A stretch of 64,000 nt of DNA from positions 1,302,001-1,366,000 of the forward strand of contig LSRY02000018.1 in assembly GCA_001643675.2 (NCBI GenBank), written 5' to 3'. Origin of the DNA: Monocercomonoides exilis PA203 (taxonomy: Eukaryota > Protista > Preaxostyla). The notes under the pieces were generated by a model. That model saw nothing but the letters and a program-made list of their open reading frames with translations. It was not told where the DNA came from and ran no database searches. The translations under genes were made by a program, and so were the position numbers. Below are positions 35,154 through 46,114 of the stretch, one piece after another (positions within the stretch are counted from its first letter, which is position 1; every line of letters starts with the position of its first letter).

Positions 35154-36059
35154 ATTTTTTGAAGAAGGGGAGAACAAGCATTTGAGAAGAGAAATGGGTT
35201 GCAAGCATAACAATGGGGAGAAAGTGAAATGAAGTTGCAGGCAAACTTCACCAAAAAACGAAGAGAAGAGCATGAAAAAGGCAGCATTTTATGAATTGCT
35301 GTGAAAAGGAAGGACTGACGTTAATATGATTGTGAAATAATAATGCTTATTGAAGGCTATTGTTGGAGTTCTTCAATTATTTTCTTACAAATAATAGAAT
35401 ACCAAAATTAATAAATGATATTGGGATAACTTTTCTTTGAGGCTTTGTTTTGATACGATCATATTGTGAAGCTCAATGTCCCACGTTTGTCATCACTTCC
35501 ATGTGGCCATACGCATTTGAAATTCCAATTGTGCATTTCAAATGTATTTACACATTTATTGTTTGTTTGTTTGTTTTGAACTTGGTTTTTGTTTATTAGC
35601 CATTGAGATATTTTCGGTTTTTAGCTATTTATTTATTTAATTATTTATTTTTCAATCAAATAAGATTTGTTTTGTAATTTGAGAGAAAATCTCAATTGAA
35701 GATGATATTCTTTTTTTATTCGTTAGATGTATTGGTACTTTTGTACATCAACCTAAATAAATAAATAAATAAATTTATCGTTTTTGTTTTTTTAACAACG
35801 AGTTGCTGATAATTAAGTATGATAATCTTATTTCGCACTAAAAGTTTCAATTCATATTTCATTTTGATAAAGTCGAATTGAATATGTGTTGTTGTTTTCA
35901 TGGCAAACACTTATAAAAATAAAGATGTTTTTGCAAAAATGATATGGTTTTTAATAAAACTTCATTTTTTTCAATCATCTTTAACATCACATAGGATTTT
36001 ATTGAAGCAAAAAAATGTGTAAAAAAAGAAAACCAGGAAAAATGTCTTCATCCACAATC

Positions 36060-39000
36060 TCAATCAACATCAATTTGAAAAGCAAGATCTTGATCATCCG
36101 GCACTGAAGGCTGCATTTCTGCTTCAATCTTGCTCAATCCATCGTTTTCTTTCTTCGAATCTGCAGGCTGTGAAGAACTGATGTTTGTTTGCAATTCATC
36201 ATCCTTTTGTTTCAATCCCTTGCCTTCTTTGTTATTTTCTTCCCCGTCATAGCTCGGAACCGCTTCTCCTCCATTCCGCGCTCTTTCTGCTTTCTCCTTC
36301 TCTTCCTCTTCCTTCAGCACAGCCTCAATTGGCAGAACAGACCCTTTCAGTGAAGATAGCAGCTTCACTTCCTCAGCATGCGCCAGATACTCCTTTAGAT
36401 TGAGCGACGGAGACAGCAGAGAAAGAAGCAGAAGAAGATACGGATTGAACAAAGCAGGGTGCGAGAAAGAGCGTGTTTGAGGGTATTTTGGCTGAGCTTG
36501 GCGGAAGTTGCTTGGAGGAAGTGGCTGGCTGGAGGGGGGAATGGGGAAAGGAGGATGTGAAGCGGAGGAGGAAAGAGGGAGGCAGGAAGACGATGAAGTG
36601 GAGAAGGAGGAAAACGAAGGAGACGGAAGAGGTGAGGGAGAAGGAGAAGGTGAGGTGACTGTGACGACAGGGGTGCGATATGGATGAAGTGAAAATGAAG
36701 AAGAAGTAATTGTAGTAGTTGGAGAAGGAGAAGGCGAAGAAGAAGGCGTCAAAGAAGGAGAGGCAGAATTATCAGTCAAACAAAGTGAAGTGTCACTGGC
36801 TGAATGTAATGAATGAACAGAAGCATGATTTGTGAGTGAATTGGATGAATTCTGTATGATTGGTTGTCGCAAAGAGGGAAGAGCAAAAGAGGCATAAGAG
36901 GAAGGTGGGAAAGAAGACAGAAGCTCCTGAGATGGTGATAATGCATTAGAAAGCTCTTCTGAACTTTTGCCAAATTCTTCTTTTGTTTTGTTATCTTTTT
37001 TGTTTGATTGACATTTTTCTTCTGCTTCTTTCTTGAGCTCTTCATTTCTTCCTGTCTGTTCATTAAAAGCGCTAAATGAATCCACTTTCTGGTTGTCTGA
37101 GCTTCCAAACACAGAAGGAATTGTCAACTCCATCTCATCTTTGTTATCATCACTCTCTCCGCTTTCAGTTTTCTCGTCGTCATTCTGTCCTTCTTTTCCA
37201 TCGTTTTTGAAACTGACTTTTCTTCTTCTTCTTCTTTCTCCCTCTTCTCCTTCTCCTTTTTCCTCTTCTTCTTCGTCTTCTTCTTCTTCCACCTCCACAG
37301 AGCTGCCACATCCGATCTTGTCATCTCCATCTTCTCCTTCATTCTGCTCAACTTCTCCTTCGTCTTCTCCTTTACTCCTCTGAATGCTCTCCACTTTGCT
37401 TGCGACAGACGCCACTGACTGCATCAGCGGCAGATAAAACAGCGACTTCTCGTTTCCTTCTCTCAGCTGAAGAGAAGAAAGCGACGACACATTCAGCGGG
37501 CTGCTTGACGAGTACAGCACAGCCGAGGCATCGTCCAGTGAATCGCTTGGCTGGCAGGGCGGGGCAGGCAGAAGAGGAGAAGGAAACAAAGGCGCATTAG
37601 ACTGCTCTGAGGGTGTCTGCACAACAGGCGGCTGGGATGGATCGAGGAATGGAAGGAAAGATCCCTCTGCGTCTGGCTTAATCTCCTGCACAAGATCATA
37701 TGTTGATGCGCTTTCTTCCATTGTGTTTGAAAGCTGAGCATGGGGTGCAAGAATGGCTGTGCGTTGAGTCGGATTGAATGGAGATTGACCAGCAGCTGGA
37801 ATGATTGCCATTGCATTGGCAGATTCTGTGCCTTCTTTTCTCTTTTTTGCTATCGCTTTGTCTGCTTCCATCGAATGCAGATGTTTTCTCTTTCTTTTTG
37901 CCAGCTTTGATTCAATGTGCATCTTACAAGGAAGTAATCTTTGGTGCAAAGTGGACAAGTCATTCACTTTTCCTTGTTCGAATGTGATATCATCGTTTTC
38001 GTCTGTCTCAGATTCGCAAGCACTGGAAGTGGAAGAAGCATTCATTTGTGTTTTGATTTTTGTCATTTTCTTTCTTTTTCTTTTCTCTTTTCCTAAAGTT
38101 TTCTGGTCATCTCCGAATGAAACGCTGACTTTCCCACTTTCTCCTTCTTCTTCCTCTTCATTTTCCTCTTCATTTTCGTTTGAGCTGCTTTCGCTTCCAC
38201 CTTCACTTGTCCCACTTTTATCTGAATATTCATCTTCTTCCTCTTCTTCTTCCTCTTCTTCCTCTTCATCAGCAATACCTGCTGCATACGCATTCGACTT
38301 GTGTATTCTGTTTATGCTTTTCAGTCTGTCGCTCATAAACTGCTTCATAATCGTTGCATATTTCACTTGATTGACTTGATTCATCTGATTCACTTTGCGT
38401 GCTGACTTCTGCAGAGCCATTGAATAACGCCTATTTCTATGCTGTGCCGGCCACAAGCGGAATAACGGCTTTGCTGGAATCGAGAGAACCGTAATTGCCT
38501 GCTCGAATTCCTCCAGCTGCCGGAAAAAAGAAGGGTTGGGGCTGATGATAGGGCGGCAGAGGCGGAGATAGAAGAAAGCGTTGCGAAGAAGGACGAGATC
38601 GGCGAAGGTGATGGTGGAGGCACGGAGGACATAGCGGATGGGGATGAGAGATGAGGAAGAAGAGGAGGTGGCGGATGATGATGATGATGATGAGGCAGAA
38701 GGAGAAGGGAGAGAGAGAGGAAGAGGAAGAGGAAGAGAAGGATTGGAAGGAAATAGAGTGGACTGGAAAGAAGAAGAAGAAGATAGCAAAGGATGTGATG
38801 ATGCTGATGACAAAGGAGAGAAACCAGAAGGAATCAGAGGAGGAAAAGGATTGGGCTGTTGAAGCTGCGCAGGAGGGGATATCAATTGAGATGTTAATGT
38901 GGACGTGTTATGAGAAGGAGAGAAAGAGGAAGAAGAATTTGTCAGAGGGAAAAGAGGAGATGAGACGAGAACAGGAAACATGGGTGTGACTGATGATTGT

Positions 39001-41321
39001 TCACTTGGTGAAGGTTCGAGGGATTGAGGTGAAATGTTATTGGAAGAAGAAGAAGAACAAGAAGAAGAAGTGTTGGTGTGTTGTTGTTGTGGAAGATTTG
39101 CAGAGAAAGAGGTTGCGGGTGCTAATGAAGTGTTTTCAGTGTCAGGAGAGCCATTTGAGGCTGTTTGTGTGTTGAAGAGAGGCTTTGTAGAGAGAGAAGA
39201 GGCAATCAAAGCAGAAACATCTGAAGTGAAGGAGGAACGAGGGAAAAGAGGCTGAGAACGGAGAGAGGAATAGTTCAGGGAAAAAGGAAGAGAAGAAGGA
39301 GAGGAAGGAGAGGTGGAAGAAATAGAAGAAACAAGCATGTCTGATGGACTGATTGGCTCGTCAACTGAGTCCGTTGTGTCATCGCTTGGATTCATTTTTG
39401 TTGTTAATTGGGAATTTTGTTGATCTGGTTGAGTGAGTGATGGTGGAGAAGGGGGAGGAAGAGTAGGAAATGTTGTTTGAGAAGACATCAAACATTCTTT
39501 TGCTGAATTGTCAGTGTTTGCTTCAGCATTGTCAGAAAGTGAAAATGGAGTTGAATTCAGAGAAAATGGTTGATGTTTATCAGAAGATTGATGATGAAGT
39601 GTATCTGAATTTAGTGGGGTGTTATCATAACAAGAAGAAGATAATGATAAAGAAGAAGGCAAAGGATTAGGCTGATTTAAGGAATTAGAAGATGAGATAG
39701 GAGTAGGAGCAGCAGCAGAAGAAGAAGCAGAGGAAGAAGATGGAGTAAATGTTTGTGTGGATGTGGGTGTTGGCGTTGATGCTGGCGAAGGAGAAGGCGA
39801 AGTGACAATTGGAGGGGCAGACTGATAGGGAATGATGGAGTCAAATTGCTTGTCAGGCAGCTGCGTGATGCGAGTGGAAGGGCGAAGAGATGAAGTGCTG
39901 TACTGGCTGTCACTGAATTGGAGAGAAGACGGTGAGGAAGCAGAAAGAGAGGAGGAGGAAGAAAGTGAAGATGAGGAAGATGCTAATGAACTTTTTTGTG
40001 GTGCTGATATATTTTGCTTTTGTTTGTATGTTTGTTGGTAGTGCTTGTCTGGCAGATGAATTGCATCTTCATTCGTGTTTAGTGAGTGAGACAGATTGTG
40101 TATTGCTTCAAGTGATTCCGTTTTGCTGGCAGCCAAGTTAACTGCGTCGCCATTCATCATCATTGTCATCATCGCTGCTTTGTCTCTTTGCTCTTCTGCA
40201 CTTTCCTTTTCTGCTTTGATGTCTTTGCGTTCGCATCCTTCTTTATCAAATTCAGTAACTCTGTTATCATCGTCACTTTTCCTTCTCCTCCTCTCTTTTC
40301 TCATTCTCCTTCCGTGTCTTTTATCTTCATCGACGGAATACGACTTGTCTGAGCGTGTCTCTCTTTCTCTTTCTTCTCTTTGTATTCTTCTGTCTCTGCT
40401 GCCTTGTCTGCTTCCGAGTGTTCCCCCAACAGTCAATGCGGCCATCATCATCAAATACATCAGAACAATGCTGGCAGAACGTGATACGCCCAAGTGGCAG
40501 AACACAAGCACTTTCCGCTCTTCCTTTCGACACTTCTCCAAAAAGTAGAATGCCTCGGAGAAAAATTGGATGATGTTTTCCCAGTCTTCATCGCATATAA
40601 GAAGATGGAGCACTGGCCGTTCAAGAAATATGCCCTTGCGCGACATTTCACGCCCTTGCCTAGGACCTGTACCTGCCATCGATATTTGGTCAACCATGCT
40701 TCCTTCTGGTATATCAATTTCTGACGCGCAATTCAGTAAACATTCAATGTGAAGATCATCCAATATCTGTTGGTTTTGTGCATGAAACGAACTCCCAAGG
40801 TACAGGTACGGTAAAACTGCAGATGGTAAATTACTGTCAAATGGAGGGAGTGCTGGAATTGAATCTCTTCTCCTCAAAGACCTGAGACGAATCTTCAATC
40901 TTGAGGTTCTATCATAACAAAATGATGGAAAATATAAAAACACTGACTTGAATCCTCCTTCAATAACAAATAGCGGAGAAAAAACATGAAATCCTGCTAA
41001 GGTATTTGCGAGAAATTCTGCGTTTTCATGTCCAGTTTCATCGTAAATACAGCAAATGTAAAAACATGTTTCTCGAAACTGCAAAATAGTTTGTGCATTT
41101 CTGTCTGCTCTTGCAACAATTGAGTCTTTGATGTTACCTTTTCTAGCAACTGAAACATCAAAATTTGACAAATCAATGTTAAAGGCGCTGTAAATATGAT
41201 TGTCAAAAAAATCGGCTTTTGAACGAACATCAAATATCACCATCCAACGCCTAACATATCCAGTCAATAAAAGCTGAGCGAACTGATGAACGGAAATGTA
41301 ACCAGTAACATCAGCTTGCAT
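36060..41321 (-). CDS. Dual-specificity phosphatase with N-terminal rhodanese-like domain (MKP-type architecture)
   Basis: Rhodanese-like VIFDVRSKADFFDNHIYSAFNI...VIEGGF. DSP motifs PSAVLPYLYLGS, LLNCASE, catalytic VLVFCHLGVSRSAS (Cx5R) and RPIISPNPSFFRQL. The likely ATG is MQADVTG at 41321; the ORF track extends to a non-ATG start at 41519. Confidence 0.88.
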   Translation of the reverse strand: MQADVTGYISVHQFAQLLLTGYVRRWMVIFDVRSKADFFDNHIYSAFNIDLSNFDVSVARKGNIKDSIVARADRNAQTILQFRETCFYICCIYDETGHENAEFLANTLAGFHVFSPLFVIEGGFKSVFLYFPSFCYDRTSRLKIRLRSLRRRDSIPALPPFDSNLPSAVLPYLYLGSSFHAQNQQILDDLHIECLLNCASEIDIPEGSMVDQISMAGTGPRQGREMSRKGIFLERPVLHLLICDEDWENIIQFFSEAFYFLEKCRKEERKVLVFCHLGVSRSASIVLMYLMMMAALTVGGTLGSRQGSRDRRIQREERERETRSDKSYSVDEDKRHGRRMRKERRRRKSDDDNRVTEFDKEGCERKDIKAEKESAEEQRDKAAMMTMMMNGDAVNLAASKTESLEAIHNLSHSLNTNEDAIHLPDKHYQQTYKQKQNISAPQKSSLASSSSSLSSSSSLSASSPSSLQFSDSQYSTSSLRPSTRITQLPDKQFDSIIPYQSAPPIVTSPSPSPASTPTPTSTQTFTPSSSSASSSAAAPTPISSSNSLNQPNPLPSSLSLSSSCYDNTPLNSDTLHHQSSDKHQPFSLNSTPFSLSDNAEANTDNSAKECLMSSQTTFPTLPPPSPPSLTQPDQQNSQLTTKMNPSDDTTDSVDEPISPSDMLVSSISSTSPSSPSSLPFSLNYSSLRSQPLFPRSSFTSDVSALIASSLSTKPLFNTQTASNGSPDTENTSLAPATSFSANLPQQQHTNTSSSCSSSSSNNISPQSLEPSPSEQSSVTPMFPVLVSSPLFPLTNSSSSFSPSHNTSTLTSQLISPPAQLQQPNPFPPLIPSGFSPLSSASSHPLLSSSSSFQSTLFPSNPSLPLPLPLSLPSPSASSSSSSSATSSSSSSLIPIRYVLRASTITFADLVLLRNAFFYLRLCRPIISPNPSFFRQLEEFEQAITVLSIPAKPLFRLWPAQHRNRRYSMALQKSARKVNQMNQVNQVKYATIMKQFMSDRLKSINRIHKSNAYAAGIADEEEEEEEEEEEDEYSDKSGTSEGGSESSSNENEEENEEEEEGESGKVSVSFGDDQKTLGKEKRKRKKMTKIKTQMNASSTSSACESETDENDDITFEQGKVNDLSTLHQRLLPCKMHIESKLAKRKRKHLHSMEADKAIAKKRKEGTESANAMAIIPAAGQSPFNPTQRTAILAPHAQLSNTMEESASTYDLVQEIKPDAEGSFLPFLDPSQPPVVQTPSEQSNAPLFPSPLLPAPPCQPSDSLDDASAVLYSSSSPLNVSSLSSLQLREGNEKSLFYLPLMQSVASVASKVESIQRSKGEDEGEVEQNEGEDGDDKIGCGSSVEVEEEEDEEEEEKGEGEEGERRRRRKVSFKNDGKEGQNDDEKTESGESDDNKDEMELTIPSVFGSSDNQKVDSFSAFNEQTGRNEELKKEAEEKCQSNKKDNKTKEEFGKSSEELSNALSPSQELLSSFPPSSYASFALPSLRQPIIQNSSNSLTNHASVHSLHSASDTSLCLTDNSASPSLTPSSSPSPSPTTTITSSSFSLHPYRTPVVTVTSPSPSPSPLPSPSFSSFSTSSSSCLPLSSSASHPPFPIPPSSQPLPPSNFRQAQPKYPQTRSFSHPALFNPYLLLLLSLLSPSLNLKEYLAHAEEVKLLSSLKGSVLPIEAVLKEEEEKEKAERARNGGEAVPSYDGEENNKEGKGLKQKDDELQTNISSSQPADSKKENDGLSKIEAEMQPSVPDDQDLAFQIDVD

Positions 41322-41700
41322 TTTTTGAGAAGAAGTAAGTGGAATTATGGCATGTGAGAAAAGAAAAAGGAGGGAAGGAAAATGAGCTATGCTCAGAGAA
41401 ATGTGCAAAGCAGACAAAAGACGGAAAGGATTTGGATGGGGAAGCGCATCTGTTGTAACATGAATATTTGAGCACTGGAAAAAAGCAAATAGCTTGTTCT
41501 TTGAATCACAACAAAACACTCTGTCAAGTTATGAAAAGTGGATTATGAAATGCACCTCATCAAAAATAAAAACAAACGCTAACCCATTGCGTTAAAAGTC
41601 CATTTTGTCTTATTACGAACTTTATGAAAAAAAATTATAATTTCTTTTCTAATAAAAAGTAAAGAAAATCAGATAAAAAAAGACTTGAAAGTTGAAAAAA

Positions 41701-41774
41701 TGTCGCGATCCGGGATTGAACCGGAGACCTATTGCGTGTTAGGCAATTGTGATAACCAACTACACCATCGCGAC
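41701..41774 (-). tRNA. tRNA-Val (AAC)
   Basis: Cloverleaf with acceptor GTCGCGA/TCGCGAC, anticodon arm ATTGC-CTAACAC-GCAAT, T loop GGTTCAATCC, and a downstream T-run terminator. Confidence 0.95.
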
Positions 41775-42405
41775 CCGAAATTTCAAATTTCACTCTTATC
41801 ATTTTATCAACTTCCTTCATTCCTTTCCCTTCTTTCATTTTTTTCTATTCTTTATTCTTATCTTCCACAGCAAATAATTTCTTCCACTTTTCTTTTCTGA
41901 AATGACTTTATTTTTTGTATCACATCCATTTCGCAACTTCCTCAAGTGTTCTTCTTTTTCACTTTGTTTCACCCTCCAACCTCCATTCTCCTCTTTATTT
42001 ATTTCCAAAACAGCACAAACTGTTTTCTTTCAATTTTTTCTTCCACAATCTCATTCATCCACTCAATGCATCAGTCTGTCTGCCTCTTCATTTTTTTCAT
42101 GTTATCTTCATCTTTCACTTCCTGAGACAAAATCATTCTAAAATTGTAGCAGCTGCGCTTGAGCACCAATCTTCCCTTTTCGAAACAGATTTTTTGATTA
42201 ACTTCTTCCAAATCTCTTTTTTTTTTCTTTTAAATCACTTCGTGTTCAATGCGAACAAACACACAAATGAAAAATAAATTCTCTCATTAATATTGTTACA
42301 GTGTTTAAAGATAAGAATATTCGCTTCTTCAAAGCTTGTAACTTTTGAAAACTCTAAAAATTTTATTCTGCTTCATCAGAAAGTCCAGTTCCTCTTTATG
42401 CTTCG

Positions 42406-43968
42406 CTATTCACACAAAAGATGAATGTGCTCTTCTCTTGTGAGCTCAAAATATGACTTCAAAGAAGTGCAAAGTTTGCAAAACTCTTCCAAGTTTTTTG
42501 CTTGACAAAATAATGAATGGCTTATTTCATCTCGTAACAAAGAGTTATGTGTTTGTTTGGTTTCGCCTGATTTACTGTCAAGAGAAGAATTGATGTAACT
42601 GAGAATATTCTCCTGCTGAGGAGGAAGTGCAGACCCAAGTTTGATGCAGGTCGCTTGCTCTTGTTCGAGATAATACTTTGCCCATGAAAGAAAATTTACT
42701 GTAAACATTTATAAAATAACAGAAGACATTTAATAAAATTTGAGAAATAGAATAATCCACCATTAAAAAAGAAATTTAAAAAAAAAGTTTTTCTGGTTTT
42801 AATTTGTAAAAATGATAACGTTCAAAGCACAAAGATCAAAAAATTTTTGATTTTCTAAAATGAAAACATGATTGTTCATAAATTCAGCGGGCAAACTTGT
42901 TTCATCACGTCCAGAAAATAGCTGAGCATTTTGGAATTGTTCGGATAATTTCTTCAATGCCTGCAGATCACTGAAGGCCTGTTCCGCTTTGTCCATTTTG
43001 AAATCTCCGATTCCTCCTCCGCTAAGCAAAGATTCTCCCGAAAACACAACTGAAGTCGGAGGCTGCGGCAAAAGCAGTGACTGTTGGGAAGGCGTAGAAA
43101 ATGAAGTTGGCGAAGCTGTTGATGTTAAATAAGGTGCAAATGAAAAAGGAGATGCTGAACTTGTGCTCGCTGAATCAGAGAATGATTCAAAACATGAAGA
43201 TGTAATGAAATGTTGATTGTGAGAGCTAAAACTATCAATGTTTGAATGAATAGGCTGCAAATTATTTAGTAATAAATTCATATGTCAAATTTTAATCAAA
43301 ATAAATAAATAAATAAATAAATAGCAGGAGCATACAATACAATGAAAGCACATGTGTCCCTCAGAATGGGCTGGAGTTGGAATAGGGCGAACTTCAATTC
43401 CAGACCCTATCTGTCAGTCATTCAAAAAACATTATTCATGATTGCCAGCTAAAAATTACCCGAAAAAGATTGGATGAAAAAAAGAAATAAAACTGTTATA
43501 ATTGAATGTTCGTCAATTGCAGAAAGATGCTTCAATATAGAAGAAGGAAATTTTGACGAAAAAGATTCCACTTCCGCTTTTCCTATATATATTGAAATAT
43601 CTTTACATTTTTCATCTTCTATCTGTAATTCTGCCCTCCTCTGTACATTTAGCACAACATTAAGAATAAGTATGTTTGGCATTAAAAATATTGTTTATTG
43701 GCCAAATAAGAATAAAATTGAAATATTATAAATTTTCAATGGCACATACAATTAACTCGGGGATAAAATCAACAACCCCAAGGGAATGATCATAATGTGA
43801 ATGCGTTAAAAATATTTTTGTGATTTTTGGAATTGGATGAAGTTGATTTAGTTCATTCTTTATTGATTCGAAGTCAGGCGCATCAATCAAAGCTCCAAAT
43901 GACGTTTCTCTGTCTACTATTATATAACTTGATATATGACGCTTACAGCAAATGGTATGGATATCCAT
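42406..43968 (-). CDS. Metallo-beta-lactamase-fold hydrolase, glyoxalase II-like (multi-exon)
   Basis: SYIIVDRETSFGALIDAP, FLTHSHYDHSLG (HxHxDH), IPTPAHSEGHMCF and VVFSGESLLSGGGIG, followed by helical C-terminal exons. Confidence 0.75.
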
Positions 43969-44024
43969 TAATCTTTCTATGATGGTTCTACGAATGCAAA
44001 GTTTACATTCAAACGCTCAATTCT

Positions 44025-44461
44025 ATGATGCCAATGCTATTTTCAATCTCATGCTTAGTATTTGTGAAATGTTTTTCAGAAGAATATGATTATGATGTAG
44101 ATTTTTCACCTTTGTGTAGCTGTCCAATTGAGGCTTTTGTGATGGAAAATGAAGCTGATGAACTTTTATCGCCTCTATTGTATTAAATAGCTCTTTTTAT
44201 ATCTTTCAAAATGATTCTATTAAATTTTCATTATCAAATATTATCAGGTGTCCAACAGTAACAAGTTCTGATTCTATTAATCGTTTCACAGGAGGACTTT
44301 ATAAAGTTTGGTGATCAAAAAAATAAGTTTTTTGTTTTTTCATTGATATAATTCAGCCTTATTATAAAAGACCGAAAGTTAGTTTTTGTGGAGATCAGAA
44401 AAGTGTTGGATATTATGGATTACCAAGAAAGTATTTTTTCGCTGGACTTCCTGCTGCCTGA
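44025..44461 (+). CDS. Putative 105-aa secreted peptide precursor (3 exons)
   Basis: Exons 44025-44179, 44248-44305 and 44357-44461 join in frame through two GT-AG introns. Hydrophobic N-terminus MMPMLFSISCLVFVKCFS. Confidence 0.6.
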
Positions 44462-44716
44462 GACAATATCAAAAGAATTACTGTTCATGTTGCTATTTCG
44501 TCTTTGTCCATCTTTTCAAAAAATATTGGACTTATCATAAATCAATAAAGAAAATCATTAATTTTTATAAATCGTGATCAATTTTCAATAAAATCAGGAT
44601 TTTTGTATTTTTGTTTTATTTGTTGAATTTGCAGTGTCCATGATTTTTTTTAATTAATTAAATAAACAATTTAGACCTGTGCAACACGGCATTCAACTTA
44701 TTCACTCTGTCGGTCA

Positions 44717-44718
<2 letters not shown>

Positions 44719-44778
<60 letters not shown>
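44719..44778 (+). repeat. A60 homopolymer
   Basis: Directly visible. Confidence 0.95.
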
Positions 44779-44782
<4 letters not shown>

Positions 44783-44784
44783 TA

Positions 44785-45181
44785 CAATTTGTGCATAAAA
44801 TACCGGACATCGCACAAAATACCGGACAAGATCGATTTCACAATAACCGCAAGAAGAAAAATTTTGTTTATTTTCCTCAAAACATACCTCATCAATACAA
44901 ACTCACGTGACATACAAGACTTTCTTAACAGCTTCATTTGTGCTCTAAGAAAATTATTTTCCGAATCTCAGAGTAACTCAAAATCCTTGTTCTTTGAGAT
45001 TTCAATCATTAATATTTTCTGAGCACAAATGAAGCTGTTTAAAAAGTCTTGTATGTCACGTGAGTTTGTATTGATGAGGTATGTTTTGAGAAAAATTATC
45101 AGATTTTCTCTTTAAGTGGTTATTGAGATATCGATCTTGTCCTGTATTTTGTGCAATGTCCGGTATTTAATGCGATATCTG
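44785..45181. mobile_element. Foldback MITE (397 bp), TA|CA...TG|TA, Tc1/mariner-like
   Basis: Imperfect arms of ~170 bp, e.g. CTCAAAACATACCTCATCAATACAAACTCACGTGACATACAAGAC and its reverse complement. The AAATACCGGACA motif is duplicated; TA flanks. Confidence 0.85.
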
Positions 45182-45724
45182 TAATTTATTTCGCTGATTG
45201 TTTAACTAACATTGATATTTCAAGAAATGAAAAAAAAATATGAAAAAGTCAAGTGCTTTATAACAAAGAAAAACTAAAAAAATTAAAAAGTTATGTATAA
45301 TTATAATCTCAACTCTCAAAGCACTCAAAACAAAATACCAGTGCTTCAACTATCAAGTTTTTGATCTTCAAAATAAACACAAAAAACTAAAGATCTTTTC
45401 TCAAAAATTACAAAAAAATTTTTTTAATGAAATGTGGGTCATTATTTTTGAAATCATATTATTTTTCGGGGAGTTGATATTTCGAACATAATAAATTTTT
45501 TTGAAAGGAATTTTTTCACTAAAAAAGAAAAAGTTTGACAAATGTTTAAAAAAACAAATGGTCTTACCGAATCAAAAATTAAAATGTATCCAATAAGCCT
45601 ATTGTTTTTTCAATTTTTATTTATTGATATTCAAAAGGAATGTTCGAACCAAAATTTTTGAAAGAAAAAATGTGATTTCTTAAATAATCTCCCAATTATA
45701 TTGACAGATATAATACATCTATAT

Positions 45725-45950
45725 TTTTTTGAAAAGTTCCAATTGTTTAATTTTCGAATCTCACAAAAAAATTCCATATTTTTAATCGAATATCTGTTCC
45801 AACTCACGAAACTTCAAAAAAATGGAAATAATAACATTGTCAAGATTTTGTTTTCATAACAGCAAAATTTGGTGAGTGGAAACAGAAATTTAATAGAAGT
45901 TTGAACTTTCATTTTGTTTGCAAATTAAACAAAAGGAACCAAACAAAAAA
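45725..45950. mobile_element. Old degenerate relative of the 47533-47774 MITE
   Basis: Inverted TCTGTTCCAACTCAC/GTGAGTGGAAACAGA and TTGTTTAATTT/AAATTAAACAA. Shares TTGAAAAGT..CAA.TGTTTAATT and GTGAGTGGAAAC with the 47.5-kb element. Confidence 0.5.
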
Positions 45951-46114
45951 AATCGACTAATATTTTTAATGATTTTTTTTCAAACAAATATCAAAAAATG
46001 ATATCAAAATATTTCAAGAAATGAATATTGTTGCAGGGTTATTTATATTCCTTTATTTTTTTAACTGCCAAAGTGTCATAAATTATTTTTAAATTCAATT
46101 TCATAAAGAAAATA

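Noticed and set aside
41635-41900. Short ORFs containing MSRSGIEPETYCVLG (also 54884-55201)
   Set aside because: They are translations of the tRNA-Val sequence.
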